From assembly GCA_963716745.1 (NCBI GenBank), contig OY970320.1, forward strand, positions 1,760,001-1,824,000: 64,000 bases of DNA, written 5' to 3'. Under the pieces are notes generated by a model, which worked only from the letters and a program-made list of their open reading frames with translations, did not search any database and was not told where the DNA came from. Every line of letters begins with the position of its first letter. The first letter of the stretch is position 1. A program made the translations under genes and the position numbers. Shown piece by piece: positions 9,275 to 19,267 of the stretch. Origin of the DNA: an uncultured Gemmatimonadaceae bacterium. GTDB taxonomy: Bacteria; Gemmatimonadota; Gemmatimonadetes; Gemmatimonadales; Gemmatimonadaceae.

Positions 9275-10227
9275 CCGCGCCGCTGAGTCTCCCCACCGGC
9301 AAGGCGACGCGCGAAGCGTACGGCGACGCACTGCTGGAGCTCGGCAAAGTGAACAAGGACATCGTGGCGATCGACGCCGATCTCGCGAAGTCCACCTTCT
9401 CGTGGACGTTCGGCAAAGTGTTCCCCGAGCGCTTCTTCAATATCGGCATCCAGGAAGCGAACATGGTGGGGATCGCCAGCGGGCTCGCGTCCAGCGGGAA
9501 GATCCCGTTCATCTCGAGCTTCGCCGCGTTCGTGCTCTGCAAGGGATTCGATCAGCTGCGCATGGGCGCCGCGTATCCGCATCTGAACATCAAGGTTGCC
9601 GGGTCGCACGGCGGCATCTCGATCGGCGAGGATGGCGTGTCGCAGCAATCGGTGGAGGACGTCGCGCTCGCGTGCGCGCTGCCGGGATTCATCGTGTGCA
9701 TCCCGTGCGACGAGCACTCGATGCGCGCCGCCGTGCACGCGGCTGCCGCTCTTAAGGGTCCGGTGTATCTGCGGCTCGGCCGCCCGAAGGCGCCGGTGAT
9801 CCACCAGCCGGATGTGAAGTTCGCCTTCGGCAAGGCGCTGCAGCTGCGCGACGGGAAGTCGCTCACCATCGTCGCGAACGGCCTGCTCGTGGCACAGGCG
9901 CTGCTCGCCGCCGCCGACCTCTCGGCCCGCGGTATCGAAGCGCGCGTGCTCGACATGCACACGATCAAGCCCATCGACGCCGACGCGCTCTCCCACGCCG
10001 CGAAGGAGACGGGCGCCATCGTCGTCGCCGAGGAACACATGCACTCGGGCGGACTCGGCGCCGCGGTGAGCCAGTCGCTCGCCGCCACCACGCCCTGCCC
10101 CGTGGAGTTCGTGGACCTCGGCGACCGCTACGCCGAGAGCGGCAAGCCCGACGACCTGATGAAGAAGTACGGCATGCTCGCCCCGAACATCATCGCCGCG
10201 GCGGACAGAGTACTGAAGAGGAAATGA
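9271..10227 (+). CDS. Transketolase, C-terminal subunit
   Basis: ATREAYG, FPERFFNIGIQEANM, GEDGVSQQ, GPVYLRLGR, MHTIKPID and EEH motifs. ATGA-coupled to the N-terminal subunit. Confidence 0.95.
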   Translation: MTAPLSLPTGKATREAYGDALLELGKVNKDIVAIDADLAKSTFSWTFGKVFPERFFNIGIQEANMVGIASGLASSGKIPFISSFAAFVLCKGFDQLRMGAAYPHLNIKVAGSHGGISIGEDGVSQQSVEDVALACALPGFIVCIPCDEHSMRAAVHAAAALKGPVYLRLGRPKAPVIHQPDVKFAFGKALQLRDGKSLTIVANGLLVAQALLAAADLSARGIEARVLDMHTIKPIDADALSHAAKETGAIVVAEEHMHSGGLGAAVSQSLAATTPCPVEFVDLGDRYAESGKPDDLMKKYGMLAPNIIAAADRVLKRK

Positions 10228-10229
10228 AG

Positions 10230-10259
10230 ACGGCGGAGAGTTGTTGGCCTCTCCGCCGT
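10230..10259. terminator. Hairpin between convergent genes, likely bidirectional terminator
   Basis: ACGGCGGAGAG / CTCTCCGCCGT forms an 11-bp perfect stem directly after the transketolase stop. Confidence 0.65.
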
Positions 10260-10298
10260 TGGGTTCTAACGTCTAGGTCTAGCGTCTAAGTCTGCAGT

Positions 10299-10562
10299 TC
10301 AGCGCGTTGGCTTCCCCGGCGGCTTGTCGCTCTTGAACACATCCTTGTTGATTTGGATGTACTCGACCGACTTCGACGGCACGTCTTCTTCGGGAAAGAT
10401 CGCGGTCACCGGACACTCCGGCTCGCAGGCGCCGCAATCAATGCATTCATCGGGATGGATGTACAGCATCGTCTCCCCTTCATAGATGCAATCCACCGGG
10501 CAGACGTCGACGCACGCCTTATCTTTGACCCCGATACATGCTTCGGTGATGATGTAGGGCAT
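10299..10562 (-). CDS. Ferredoxin (7Fe FdxA-type)
   Basis: C-x7-CVDVCPVDC plus [12 protein letters not shown]. Confidence 0.95.
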   Translation of the reverse strand: MPYIITEACIGVKDKACVDVCPVDCIYEGETMLYIHPDECIDCGACEPECPVTAIFPEEDVPSKSVEYIQINKDVFKSDKPPGKPTR

Positions 10563-10636
10563 TGCTCCCTCGAAGTTGCTTACCCGCTCGTTAGACCACG
10601 CAGAATAATATTGATTTTCCCGTCCGGGGACAGGGG

Positions 10637-11137
10637 ATGATGCGCATGGAGCCTGCCACCGCCACGCTGCGCCTCATGATCAACCGGCGCCCGCACGACG
10701 TCTCCGCGGCGCCCGGCGACACGCTGCTCGACGTGTTGCGCGGCAGTTTGGAGCTCACCGGTTCGAAGCTAGTGTGCGGACGCGGTGAATGCGGGGCGTG
10801 CACGGTGCATCTCGACGGCGAGCCTGCCTACGCCTGTCTCACCCTCGCCGTGGCCTGCGAAGGCGCCGCGATCACCACCATCGAGGGCGTCGCCGACGGC
10901 GAGGCGCTCCACCCGCTGCAGGCCGCGTTCGTGGCGCACGACGCCCTGCAGTGCGGCATGTGCACGCCGGGACAGATCATGGCCGCCCTCGCCCTACTCG
11001 AGCGGAATCCGGATCCGTCCGAGGAGGAGGTCACACGCTGGATGAGCGGCAACCTCTGCCGCTGCGGCGCCTATCCGAAGATCCGGCGCGCCATCCTCGC
11101 CGCGGCGCAAACCATGCGCACGGGTCATGGCCGCTAA
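10637..11137 (+). CDS. Xanthine-oxidase-family (2Fe-2S)-binding small subunit (PaoA/CoxS-like)
   Basis: [19 protein letters not shown] and GNLCRCGAY. No Tat signal. Confidence 0.93.
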   Translation: MMRMEPATATLRLMINRRPHDVSAAPGDTLLDVLRGSLELTGSKLVCGRGECGACTVHLDGEPAYACLTLAVACEGAAITTIEGVADGEALHPLQAAFVAHDALQCGMCTPGQIMAALALLERNPDPSEEEVTRWMSGNLCRCGAYPKIRRAILAAAQTMRTGHGR

Positions 11138-13402
11138 GAAGAAGCCGGCCCCCGGCAGCTTCGTCACGACCACGGTGGAGGTCGAGGGACGCGTCGAGAC
11201 GAAGATCGTCGCGATCCCGGCCTTCGAACCCGCGCCGTGGACGGATCGCGCCGAACTCACCGTCGTCGGCCGGCGCGCCAAGCGCGTCGATGCGGCTGAC
11301 AAGGTCACCGGCCGCGCGCGTTACACCGTAGATGCGCGGCCCGCCGGGATGCTGCACGCGGCGATCCTGCGCGCGCCCATCGCGCGCGGCCGGCTCACGC
11401 ACATCGATCTCGCGCCCGCGCTCGCGATGCCGGGCGTGCGTGCCGCGCTCGCACGCGCCGGCATTCCCGCCATCGATTCACCCGGCGGGACTCTCTTCGC
11501 GCCCGATATCAACTACGCCGGACAGCCGTTGGCCGCAGTGTGCGCCGATACGCCTCGCAACGCGCAGCGCGCGCTCGCGGCGATCGTCGACCCGATACGA
11601 GCGCGCCGCGCACGCGGTGACCGCCGAGGATGCGCTCTCCGGCCATGATCTCCTGAGCGAACCGCAGATCACCGAACGCGGCGACGCCGCTGCCGCGCTC
11701 GAGCGCGCCGACGTCATGATCGCGCGCGAGTACCGCACGCCCACTGCCCTCCACTCTGCGCTCGAGCCCCACGCCGCCGTCGCCGAATGGGTAGGCGGAC
11801 GGCTCACGGTGTGGGAATCCACGCAGGGCATCTTCCACACGCGCGACGACCTGGCGCGCGCATTCGACCTGCCGCACACGCACGTTCGTGTGCTGCTCGA
11901 GCACATGGGCGGCGGCTTCGGCGCAAAGACCGGCGCCAGCACGAACGCGCTCGTCGCCGCATTGCTCGCCCGCGCCGCCAGCCGCCCCGTGCGCTGCGTG
12001 AACGACCGCGACGCCGAGCAGAGCGATGCGGGCAATCGGCCCGGCACGATCCAGCGAGTGTCGCTCGGCGCAAAGCGCGACGGCCGTCTCGTCGCGATCA
12101 CGCTCGATGCCGAGATCGCGACGCGCACGAACGAGCCCGACGCGGGACCCGCCGGCATCTTCCACGATCTCTACGCGTGCGCGAACGTGCGCACGCGCGA
12201 GCGGTTCCTGATCACGAACACGTCGCCCATGGCGAGCTTTCGCGCGCCCGGTTTCGTGGAGGGCGCCTTCGCGCTCGAGCGCGCGATGGATGAGCTCGCG
12301 AAGGCGCTCGGCATGGACCCGGTCGCGCTGCGGCTCAAGAACATCGCGCGCAAACATCCGAACACCGGCAAGCGATTCTCATCGCCGCTGTTCGCCGAAT
12401 GTCTCAACGATGGCGCCAAACGCTTCAAATGGACGAAGCGCGCGCCGCAGCGCACCGGCGCCATCCGTCGCGGGTACGGCATGGCCGCGCAAACGTGGAG
12501 CGCCGGCGGCGGGCCGCCGGCCAATGCGCTTGTGCGTCTCAATCCCGACGGCACCGCCGAGGTGCTCGCCGGCACGCAGGACCTCGGCACGGGCGCGCGC
12601 ACCGTGCTCGCGCAGATCGCGGCCGAGGTGCTCGGCGCGAAGCTCGCGGCGGTGCGCGTGATCCTCGGCGACACCGAGCGCACGCCCTACACTGGGAATT
12701 CATGGGGTTCGATGACCACCGCGTCGGTAGGCCCGGCGGTGCGCATGGCGGCCGAGGACGCGAAGCGGCAGTTGCTCGAATGCGTGCGCCGGAGTGTTCG
12801 GCGTGAGCGTGAAGCGCCTGGTCGCGCGCGATGGCTCCGTGCGCGTGCGCGGCACCAAGCGCGCGATGACCCTCGCGCAGATCGGCGCGAAGCTCGGCAA
12901 GCTGATGATCATCGGGCGCGGCACGCGCGGCCCGAACCCCGCGGCGACGTCACTCTCGACGTTCGGGGCGCAGTTCGCGGAGGTGGAGGTGAACGCCGAC
13001 ACCGGCGTCGTGCGCGTGGTGCGCATCGTCGCATCGCACAGCTGCGGGCGGATAGTGAATCCCACTCTCGCCGAGAGCCAGCTCGAGGGCGGGATTATCC
13101 AGGGACTCGGCTATGCCCTGTTCGAGGAGCGCGTGATGGATCGCGCGCTGGGGCTGCAAATGAACCGGAACCTGCACGACTACAAGATCCCGACCCTCGC
13201 CGACATCCCCGCGATCGACGCGCGGTTCGTGGAGCACGCGGATACCGTGGCGAACCACATCGGCGTGCTGGGCGTGGGCGAGCCGCCGATCATCCCCACC
13301 GCGCCGGCGATCGCGAACGCCGTGGCCGACGCGCTCGGAGTGGAATTGCGCGAGATCCCGCTCGCGCCGTGGCGCGTGCTCGACGCGATCGCGCGCGACT
13401 GA
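11127..13402 (+). CDS. Xanthine-oxidase-family molybdopterin-binding large subunit (two apparent frameshifts)
   Basis: Three consecutive ORF pieces carry DKVTGRARY; MGGGFGAK, FRAPG and QDLGTG; then GRIVNP..ESQLEGG and GVGEPP. Removing one base near 11589 and one near 12786 gives a single frame of about 757 aa. Confidence 0.88.
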
Positions 13403-13405
13403 CCG

Positions 13406-13723
13406 CTAGCGCCGCCAGGCCGGCGCTTTGTCCGCCCGGTGGTCGAGCTCGGGATTCTCGCGGTAGAGCGACGTCGTGCGGCCGATCACCTGCACGACGT
13501 CCGCGCCGAGCGCCGCGGCGAGTTCGTTGGCCGCCTGCTTCGCGGAGATGCCGGCGCGTTTCACGAGATGGACCTTCACGAGTTCGTGCGTGCGCAGCGC
13601 ATCGTCGAGCGAGGCGCGCAGCGCATCGGTGAGGCCCTGATGGCCGATGTGCACGGTGGCCTTGAGATGATGAGCCTCGGCACGCAGCGCTGCACGTTCT
13701 TTGCCGGTCAGAAGACCTCCCAA
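13406..13723 (-). CDS. yhbY: YhbY/CRM-domain RNA-binding protein
   Basis: LTGKERAALRAEAHHLKATVHIGHQG ... HELVKV ... VQVIGRT. Probable TTG start at 13723; start uncertain. Confidence 0.88.
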   Translation of the reverse strand: MGGLLTGKERAALRAEAHHLKATVHIGHQGLTDALRASLDDALRTHELVKVHLVKRAGISAKQAANELAAALGADVVQVIGRTTSLYRENPELDHRADKAPAWRR

Positions 13724-14881
13724 GCGAATCCTTCCATGATGTACTCCAGCCTGCGTTTCTCGGGGATGTACGTGCAGGATCACGGTTGCCCCAATGCGGT
13801 TGCCGTAGCCCTTCACCGCGAGGTCGTCCACGCCATCGCCGTCAGCATCGAAGGCCTTGATCACTTCGTGCGCCTTGAAGCGCAGATCGCGCACACTGAG
13901 GGGCACCGCGACGCCGGCGGTGTCGACGAGCAGTGCGAGCTGGTGCACATACTCGTAGTCGCCGGCCGACTGATTCACGAGCAGGATCACGCGCCAGTGC
14001 GCGAAGCATCCGATCGCCTGCGACCGCTGCACCTTCACTGATTTCTTGAGACGGTCCGTGAGCTTGGCCGTGTCGGCCTCGAGCACCACGGCCAGCGAGT
14101 CGGCCAGCTCCGAGACACGCAGCGCGAGTTCGATCGAGAGGGAATCATGGCTGCAGCCGGGCGTGAGCGCGTTGGCCACGGTCCCGGAATCGGGCAGCGC
14201 GACCGAATCGGTCGGCGGCGCAGGCGCGCCGGCCGGTCGCGCGGCGCTGTCGGGGTGCGCCGAGTCGGGCATGATCTTGGTGGCGAGTGCCACGAGCGTG
14301 ACGCCGCTGCGCGCCATCGAATCAATGAGGGCCGGCACCGCGAGCGTCGCGACGATACGCTTGTTCCATACCGTGTACCCGGTGACCGTCGCGGAATCCG
14401 CGCCCCACGGACCGTGCAGCACGAAGCGATCGCCCGGATGCACCGGCGAGAGCACCTTGGCCGCCTCTTCGAACGCCTTCTTCTGCTTGGCGCCGTTCAC
14501 CGAGCCGTCATAGCGCCCGAGATCCAGCAGCAGCCGCTTGCCGCGCGTCGCCGCGACGAATTTCGTCTGGATGAGCGCGTAGAATACCATGCGATCCGAG
14601 ATCGAGTCGGCAAGCGGGTCGAGCGACGCGATCCGCAGCGTGCCGGGCTTCGCGTTCGTGACCGTCGTGTCGGTGCTGCGTGAGATGGTCGCCGTGTCGG
14701 CGGCGGCGAGTTGCTGCTCGCGGGCCGCGGTGTCGTGTTCGGCCGCTCTCGTGAGCGCGCTCGAGAGCGTGTCGCGCGATTCCGTGTTCACTTTCTCGCC
14801 GCCGGTCGACGGACACGCGGCCAGCGCGAGTGCCGCGGCGCATCCGGTGAGTGCGGCGATCCGATTGAACACGAATGACAT
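13708..14881 (-). CDS. Hypothetical lipoprotein (apparent +1 frameshift near 3' end)
   Basis: Lipobox LAAC and a DADGDGVDD motif. Deleting one base in the 4-base run at 13762-13765 gives the C-terminus PEKRRLEYIMEGFAWEVF* and separates it from yhbY. Confidence 0.7.
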
Positions 14882-14988
14882 TCGGGAGCGGGACGTGGGA
14901 GGGCCGTTCGCGCGGGCGGGCTGGTCTGGAATTAAGGGACGACCAAGGGTATGCTCAAGCACCGCACTTCGACAGTCGCCGCCTCTCC

Positions 14989-15957
14989 GTGCCCCACTCG
15001 CAATTCACATACACCCGCCCCGATTCGCTCCGCGACGCGCTCCATCGGCTCGCGGCCGCGGGCGCGCGTCCGCTCGGCGGCGGCACCGATCTACTGAGCG
15101 CGCTGAATGAGGACGTCGAGCAGGCGTCGGAACTCGTCGACCTGCGGCGCATCGCGGGGTTCGGTGAGATCAGCGGCGACGCGGCGCGGGGTCTCCGCAT
15201 CGGCGGCGGTGCTCGGCTGGCGGCGATCGCCACGCACGAGAAAGTGCGCGCGCACTGGCCGGTGTTGGCGCAGGCCTGCGAGGCCGTGGGCACCACGGCG
15301 CTCCGTCACATGGGAACCATCGGCGGCAACCTGTGCCAGCGACCGCGATGCTGGTATCTACGGCAGGGCGTGCCCTGCCTCAAGAACGGCGGCGACAGTT
15401 GCCCGGCAGAGCAGGGCGAGAACCGCTATCATTCAGTCTTGGGTGGGGGCCCGTGCTTCATCGTGCATCCATCCGATCCCGCGGTCGCGCTCACAGCGCT
15501 CGACGCGAGCGTAGTGATCGCCGGTCCCGCGGGCGAGCGGGGCGTGCCGGTGGCATCGTTCTTCACACTGCCGGCGGATGGCGTGTCGCGTGAGAATGTG
15601 TTAACCAATGGTGAGATCGTGGCTGCGCTCGAATTGCCGGCGGCGAGCGCCGGCGGGTGGCAGCGATATGAGAAAGTGATGGCGCGCGGCGCGTGGGATT
15701 TCGCTCTCGCGAGCCTCGCGGCAGTGCGCCGTACCAATGGCGATGTGCGTCTCGTGCTCGGTGGTGTCGCACCGCGTCCGTGGCGCGTGGACCACTCTGT
15801 GGAGCAGGACATCGCGTCGGGTGGGATCGGCGCCGAAGATGTTGCGACACTGGCTGACCGTGCGTTATACGATGCAAGACCGTTGAGCGGCAATTACTAT
15901 AAAGTGACCCTCGCCGCGGCATTATTGCGCCGCGCGATGACCGACATCCCGACTTGA
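14989..15957 (+). CDS. Xanthine-oxidase-family FAD-binding subunit with [4Fe-4S] insertion (PaoB/HcrB-like)
   Basis: LGGGTDL, GTIGGNLCQRPRCWY...CLKNGGDSC...GENRYH...CFIVHPSD and WDFALAS. GTG start inferred. Confidence 0.9.
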   Translation: MPHSQFTYTRPDSLRDALHRLAAAGARPLGGGTDLLSALNEDVEQASELVDLRRIAGFGEISGDAARGLRIGGGARLAAIATHEKVRAHWPVLAQACEAVGTTALRHMGTIGGNLCQRPRCWYLRQGVPCLKNGGDSCPAEQGENRYHSVLGGGPCFIVHPSDPAVALTALDASVVIAGPAGERGVPVASFFTLPADGVSRENVLTNGEIVAALELPAASAGGWQRYEKVMARGAWDFALASLAAVRRTNGDVRLVLGGVAPRPWRVDHSVEQDIASGGIGAEDVATLADRALYDARPLSGNYYKVTLAAALLRRAMTDIPT

Positions 15958-15975
15958 CCTCCAGGGTAAGGACTC

Positions 15976-16794
15976 ATGCCCGTTCTTGAACTCGAAGGCA
16001 AGCCCGAGCTCGACGGCAATCCGCGCGAATTCGTCAGCGAATTGATGGTCGGGAGCGGGTCGCAGGCGGAGTGGCGTCTCGCGGGACTGGATCTCGCGGC
16101 GCGGCATTTCAAAGTCAGAGCCTCGAGCGACGGGACCGGCTCCGTGGTGCCAGCGTCCCCGCAGAACGTGGTGGTCGTGGGCGGCAAGCAGGTGATGCCC
16201 ACCGGCTCTCCGATCAATTCGGGGGATGTGATCTCGGCCGGCAACGCGCGATTCGTGTTCCTCAAGGACGCGAAGACGGCGCGCCCGGCGGTGCCCAAGC
16301 CGCCGCCGGATGCGCACCTGATCGACACGTCGAGCCGGAAGGGCTACACGCTGCGCAAGCGCGTGGTGCAGATCGGGCGCGAGATCGGCTGCAGCATCGT
16401 TCTCAAGGATCCCACCGTGTCGCGCTTCCACGCCGACGTCCGCGGCGAAGCGGGCGAGTTCGTGATCTACTCGATGGGCTCATCGGGCACGAAGATCAAC
16501 AATCAGCCGGCGAAGGATCCGAAGATCCTGGTGGAAGGCGACCAGATCCAGGTCGGCGACACGATCTTCACCTTCACGCGCCAGCCGCTGCCGCCGGGCG
16601 TGCGGCCCGTGCAGTTCGAGGACCACGACGACGACTCGTTCAGCCGCCGGAGCACGCAGCTGGCGCAGCGCGCCGTCACGATGGAGGGCGGCAAGTACCC
16701 GGTGGACGGGAAATCGCGCCTGCCGGTCATGCCCATGCTGATCGGTGCCGCGATCGTCAGCATCCTCGCCGTGCTCTATCTGGTCTTCCGGTAG
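15976..16794 (+). CDS. FHA-domain protein with C-terminal membrane anchor
   Basis: Canonical FHA (IGRE...VSRFHA...SSGT..N...GDQIQVG) preceded by a degenerate FHA-like repeat (VGSG...LAARHF...GDVISAG). Hydrophobic C-terminus. Confidence 0.85.
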   Translation: MPVLELEGKPELDGNPREFVSELMVGSGSQAEWRLAGLDLAARHFKVRASSDGTGSVVPASPQNVVVVGGKQVMPTGSPINSGDVISAGNARFVFLKDAKTARPAVPKPPPDAHLIDTSSRKGYTLRKRVVQIGREIGCSIVLKDPTVSRFHADVRGEAGEFVIYSMGSSGTKINNQPAKDPKILVEGDQIQVGDTIFTFTRQPLPPGVRPVQFEDHDDDSFSRRSTQLAQRAVTMEGGKYPVDGKSRLPVMPMLIGAAIVSILAVLYLVFR

Positions 16795-16842
16795 ACGCCG
16801 GTCGCGCGAACCAAGCTTGTAACGCATTTTAGCGCAATACAT

Positions 16843-16870
16843 TAGAGCCCCGTACCGGGGGCTCTAGTTT
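16843..16870 (+). terminator. Hairpin after the FHA gene (terminator or operator)
   Basis: TAGAGCCCC / GGGGCTCTA 9-bp stem followed by GTTT. Confidence 0.45.
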
Positions 16871-16873
16871 GCG

Positions 16874-16901
16874 TTGACAATTCCGATAGAATCGCTAGGC
16901 T
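16874..16901 (+). promoter_or_regulatory. Putative sigma-70 promoter of the suf operon
   Basis: TTGACA-N16-TAGGCT in an AT-richer patch 40 nt upstream of sufB. Confidence 0.6.
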
Positions 16902-16941
16902 TAATAGTCTAACGTCGTCCAGCCGCGGTTCCGGAGCCTGT

Positions 16942-18375
16942 ATGAGCAGTCAGATCGAGTCCCTCGTCAACAAAGAATACGAGTACGGCTTCGTCACCGA
17001 CATCGAAGCCGATACGATCCCGCGCGGCCTCACCGAAGACACGGTGCGGCTCATCTCGGCCAAGAAGCAGGAACCGGCGTGGCTGCTCGAGTGGCGCCTC
17101 AAGGCGTTCCGCCGGTGGACCACGCTCACCGAGCCGCACTGGTCGAACGTGAAGTATCCGCCGATCGACTATCAGAACCTCTACTACTACTCGGCGCCTC
17201 GCACGAAGAAGCCGCTCGGCAGTCTCGACGAAGTCGATCCGAAACTGCTCGAGACGTACAACAAGCTCGGCATCTCGCTGAGCGAACAGAAGATGTTGTC
17301 GGGCGTCGCGGTGGATGCGGTGTTCGACTCCGTGTCCGTGGGCACGAGTTACAAGGAAGAGCTCGCGAAGCACGGGATCGTCTTCTGCTCGTTCTCCGAG
17401 GCGGTGCGCGAGCACGGCGACCTCGTGCGGAAGTACCTCGGCAGCGTCGTGCCGGCGAACGACAATTTCTTCGCCGCGCTCAACTCCGCGGTGTTCAGCG
17501 ACGGCTCCTTCTGCTACGTGCCGCCGGGCGTGCGCGCGCCGATGGAGCTCTCGACGTACTTCCGCATCAACGCCGAGAACACGGGACAGTTCGAGCGCAC
17601 GCTCATCGTGGCCGACGAGGGCGCGTACGTGAGCTATCTCGAGGGTTGCACCGCGCCCAAGCGCGACACGAATCAGCTGCATGCGGCCGTGGTGGAACTC
17701 GTCGCGCGCGATCGCGCGACGATCAAGTACTCCACGGTGCAGAACTGGTTCGCCGGCGACGCCGCGGGCAAGGGCGGCATCTACAATTTCGTGACGAAGC
17801 GCGGCAAGGCGGGCACCGACGCCAAGATCTCGTGGACGCAGGTGGAGACCGGCTCCGCGATCACGTGGAAATATCCGAGCGTGATCCTGCAGGGCGACCG
17901 CTCCGTGGGCGAGTTCTACTCGGTGGCGGTGGTGAACAATCATCAGCAGGCGGACACCGGCACCAAGATGCTCCACCTCGGCAAGGACACGAAGAGCACG
18001 ATCGTCTCGAAGGGGATCTCGGCCGGCCAGGGGAACAACAGTTACCGCGGCCGCGTGTTCGTGAGCCCGAAGGCGGCGCGCGCGCGCAATTACACGCAGT
18101 GCGATTCGATGCTCATCGGGAATCGCTGCGGCGCGCACACGTTCCCGTACATCGAGGTACAGAACGACAGCGCGACGGTGGAGCACGAAGCGAGCACGTC
18201 CAAGATCGGCGAGGACCAGATCTTCTATCTGAAGCAGCGCGGTCTGAGCGCCGAGCAGGCGGTGAGCATGATCGTCGCCGGCTTCTGTCGCGAAGTGTTC
18301 AAGGAACTGCCGATGGAATTCGCGTTGGAAGCGCAGCAACTGCTGGGGATCACGCTCGAGGGAAGCGTTGGCTGA
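16942..18375 (+). CDS. sufB: Fe-S cluster assembly protein SufB
   Basis: [40 protein letters not shown] and HEASTSKI motifs. Confidence 0.98.
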   Translation: MSSQIESLVNKEYEYGFVTDIEADTIPRGLTEDTVRLISAKKQEPAWLLEWRLKAFRRWTTLTEPHWSNVKYPPIDYQNLYYYSAPRTKKPLGSLDEVDPKLLETYNKLGISLSEQKMLSGVAVDAVFDSVSVGTSYKEELAKHGIVFCSFSEAVREHGDLVRKYLGSVVPANDNFFAALNSAVFSDGSFCYVPPGVRAPMELSTYFRINAENTGQFERTLIVADEGAYVSYLEGCTAPKRDTNQLHAAVVELVARDRATIKYSTVQNWFAGDAAGKGGIYNFVTKRGKAGTDAKISWTQVETGSAITWKYPSVILQGDRSVGEFYSVAVVNNHQQADTGTKMLHLGKDTKSTIVSKGISAGQGNNSYRGRVFVSPKAARARNYTQCDSMLIGNRCGAHTFPYIEVQNDSATVEHEASTSKIGEDQIFYLKQRGLSAEQAVSMIVAGFCREVFKELPMEFALEAQQLLGITLEGSVG

Positions 18376-18486
18376 ACTACGCGGGAAGCGGGACGCGGGA
18401 AGCGCCGCGGGACGCGACGAACTGACGAATGCATGCTCCCTTCAGTTCTCGCATCCCGCGGCGCATCCCGCGTCCCGCGTCCCGCG
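18371..18486. repeat. Long inverted repeat built of GCGGGAM heptamers (element A)
   Basis: Arms 18380-18425 and 18442-18486 pair over about 45 bp with 3 mismatches and 1 bulge. Confidence 0.9.
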
Positions 18487-18514
18487 CCATCTCATTTCTT
18501 AGACTAGGCATTCC

Positions 18515-19267
18515 GTGCTCGATATCAAAGAACCTCTCGGCGAAAGCCGGTGACCGCGAGATATTGAAGGGCATCACGCTCCACGTGGACGCCGGCGAAG
18601 TGCATGCGATCATGGGGCCCAACGGCTCCGGCAAGATCCACGCTCGCGCAGGTGATCGCCGGCCATCCGGGCTATGAGGTCACGGGCGGCTCGGTGACCT
18701 ACATGGGGCAGGATCTCCTCGCCATGGCGCCCGAGGCGCGCGCGCAGGCGGGCGTCTTCCTCGCGTTCCAGTATCCGGTGGAGATTCCCGGCGTATCGAA
18801 CTCGCAATTCATGCGCACGGCGCTCAACGAGGTGCGCAAGGCGCGCGGCGAAGCCGAGATGGATGTCATGGAGTTCATGGAGTACATGGAGCGGAAGCTC
18901 CCCATGCTCGACATGGATCCGGCGATGATGCAGCGCTCGTTGAACGCGGGATTCTCGGGCGGCGAGAAGAAGCGGAACGAGATCCTGCAGATGGCGGTGC
19001 TCGAGCCCAAGCTCGCGGTGCTCGATGAGACCGACTCGGGCCTCGATATCGACGCGCTGCGCATCGTGGCGCAGGGCGTGAACACGCTGCGCCGCAAGGA
19101 CAACGCGACGATCGTCGTCACGCACTATCAGCGGCTGCTCAACTACATCGTGCCCGATCGCGTGCACGTGCTTTCGAACGGCCGCATCGTGACGCTCGGG
19201 CGGCAAGGAGCTCGCGCTCGAGCTGGAAGCGAAGGGCTACGATTGGCTCGAGGCGCCCGCGGCGTGA
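18515..19267 (+). CDS. sufC: Fe-S cluster assembly ATPase SufC (three apparent +1 frameshifts)
   Basis: GTG start. [49 protein letters not shown] and V(T)[17 protein letters not shown]. Extra bases at about 18528, 18635 and 19196. Confidence 0.92.

Noticed and set aside
8438..10227. Split transketolase as a frameshift or novelty
   Set aside because: Two-gene transketolases with ATGA coupling are a well-known form.
13406..14962. 518-aa ORF that looks like a lipoprotein-YhbY fusion
   Set aside because: One extra base in a 4-base run at about 13763 explains it. The corrected frame gives a natural C-terminus and a separate yhbY, and an exported RNA-binding domain is implausible.
18515..19267. 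sufC as a pseudogene or programmed-frameshift gene
   Set aside because: No slippery sites or stops, motifs intact, and the same error pattern appears in many unrelated genes.
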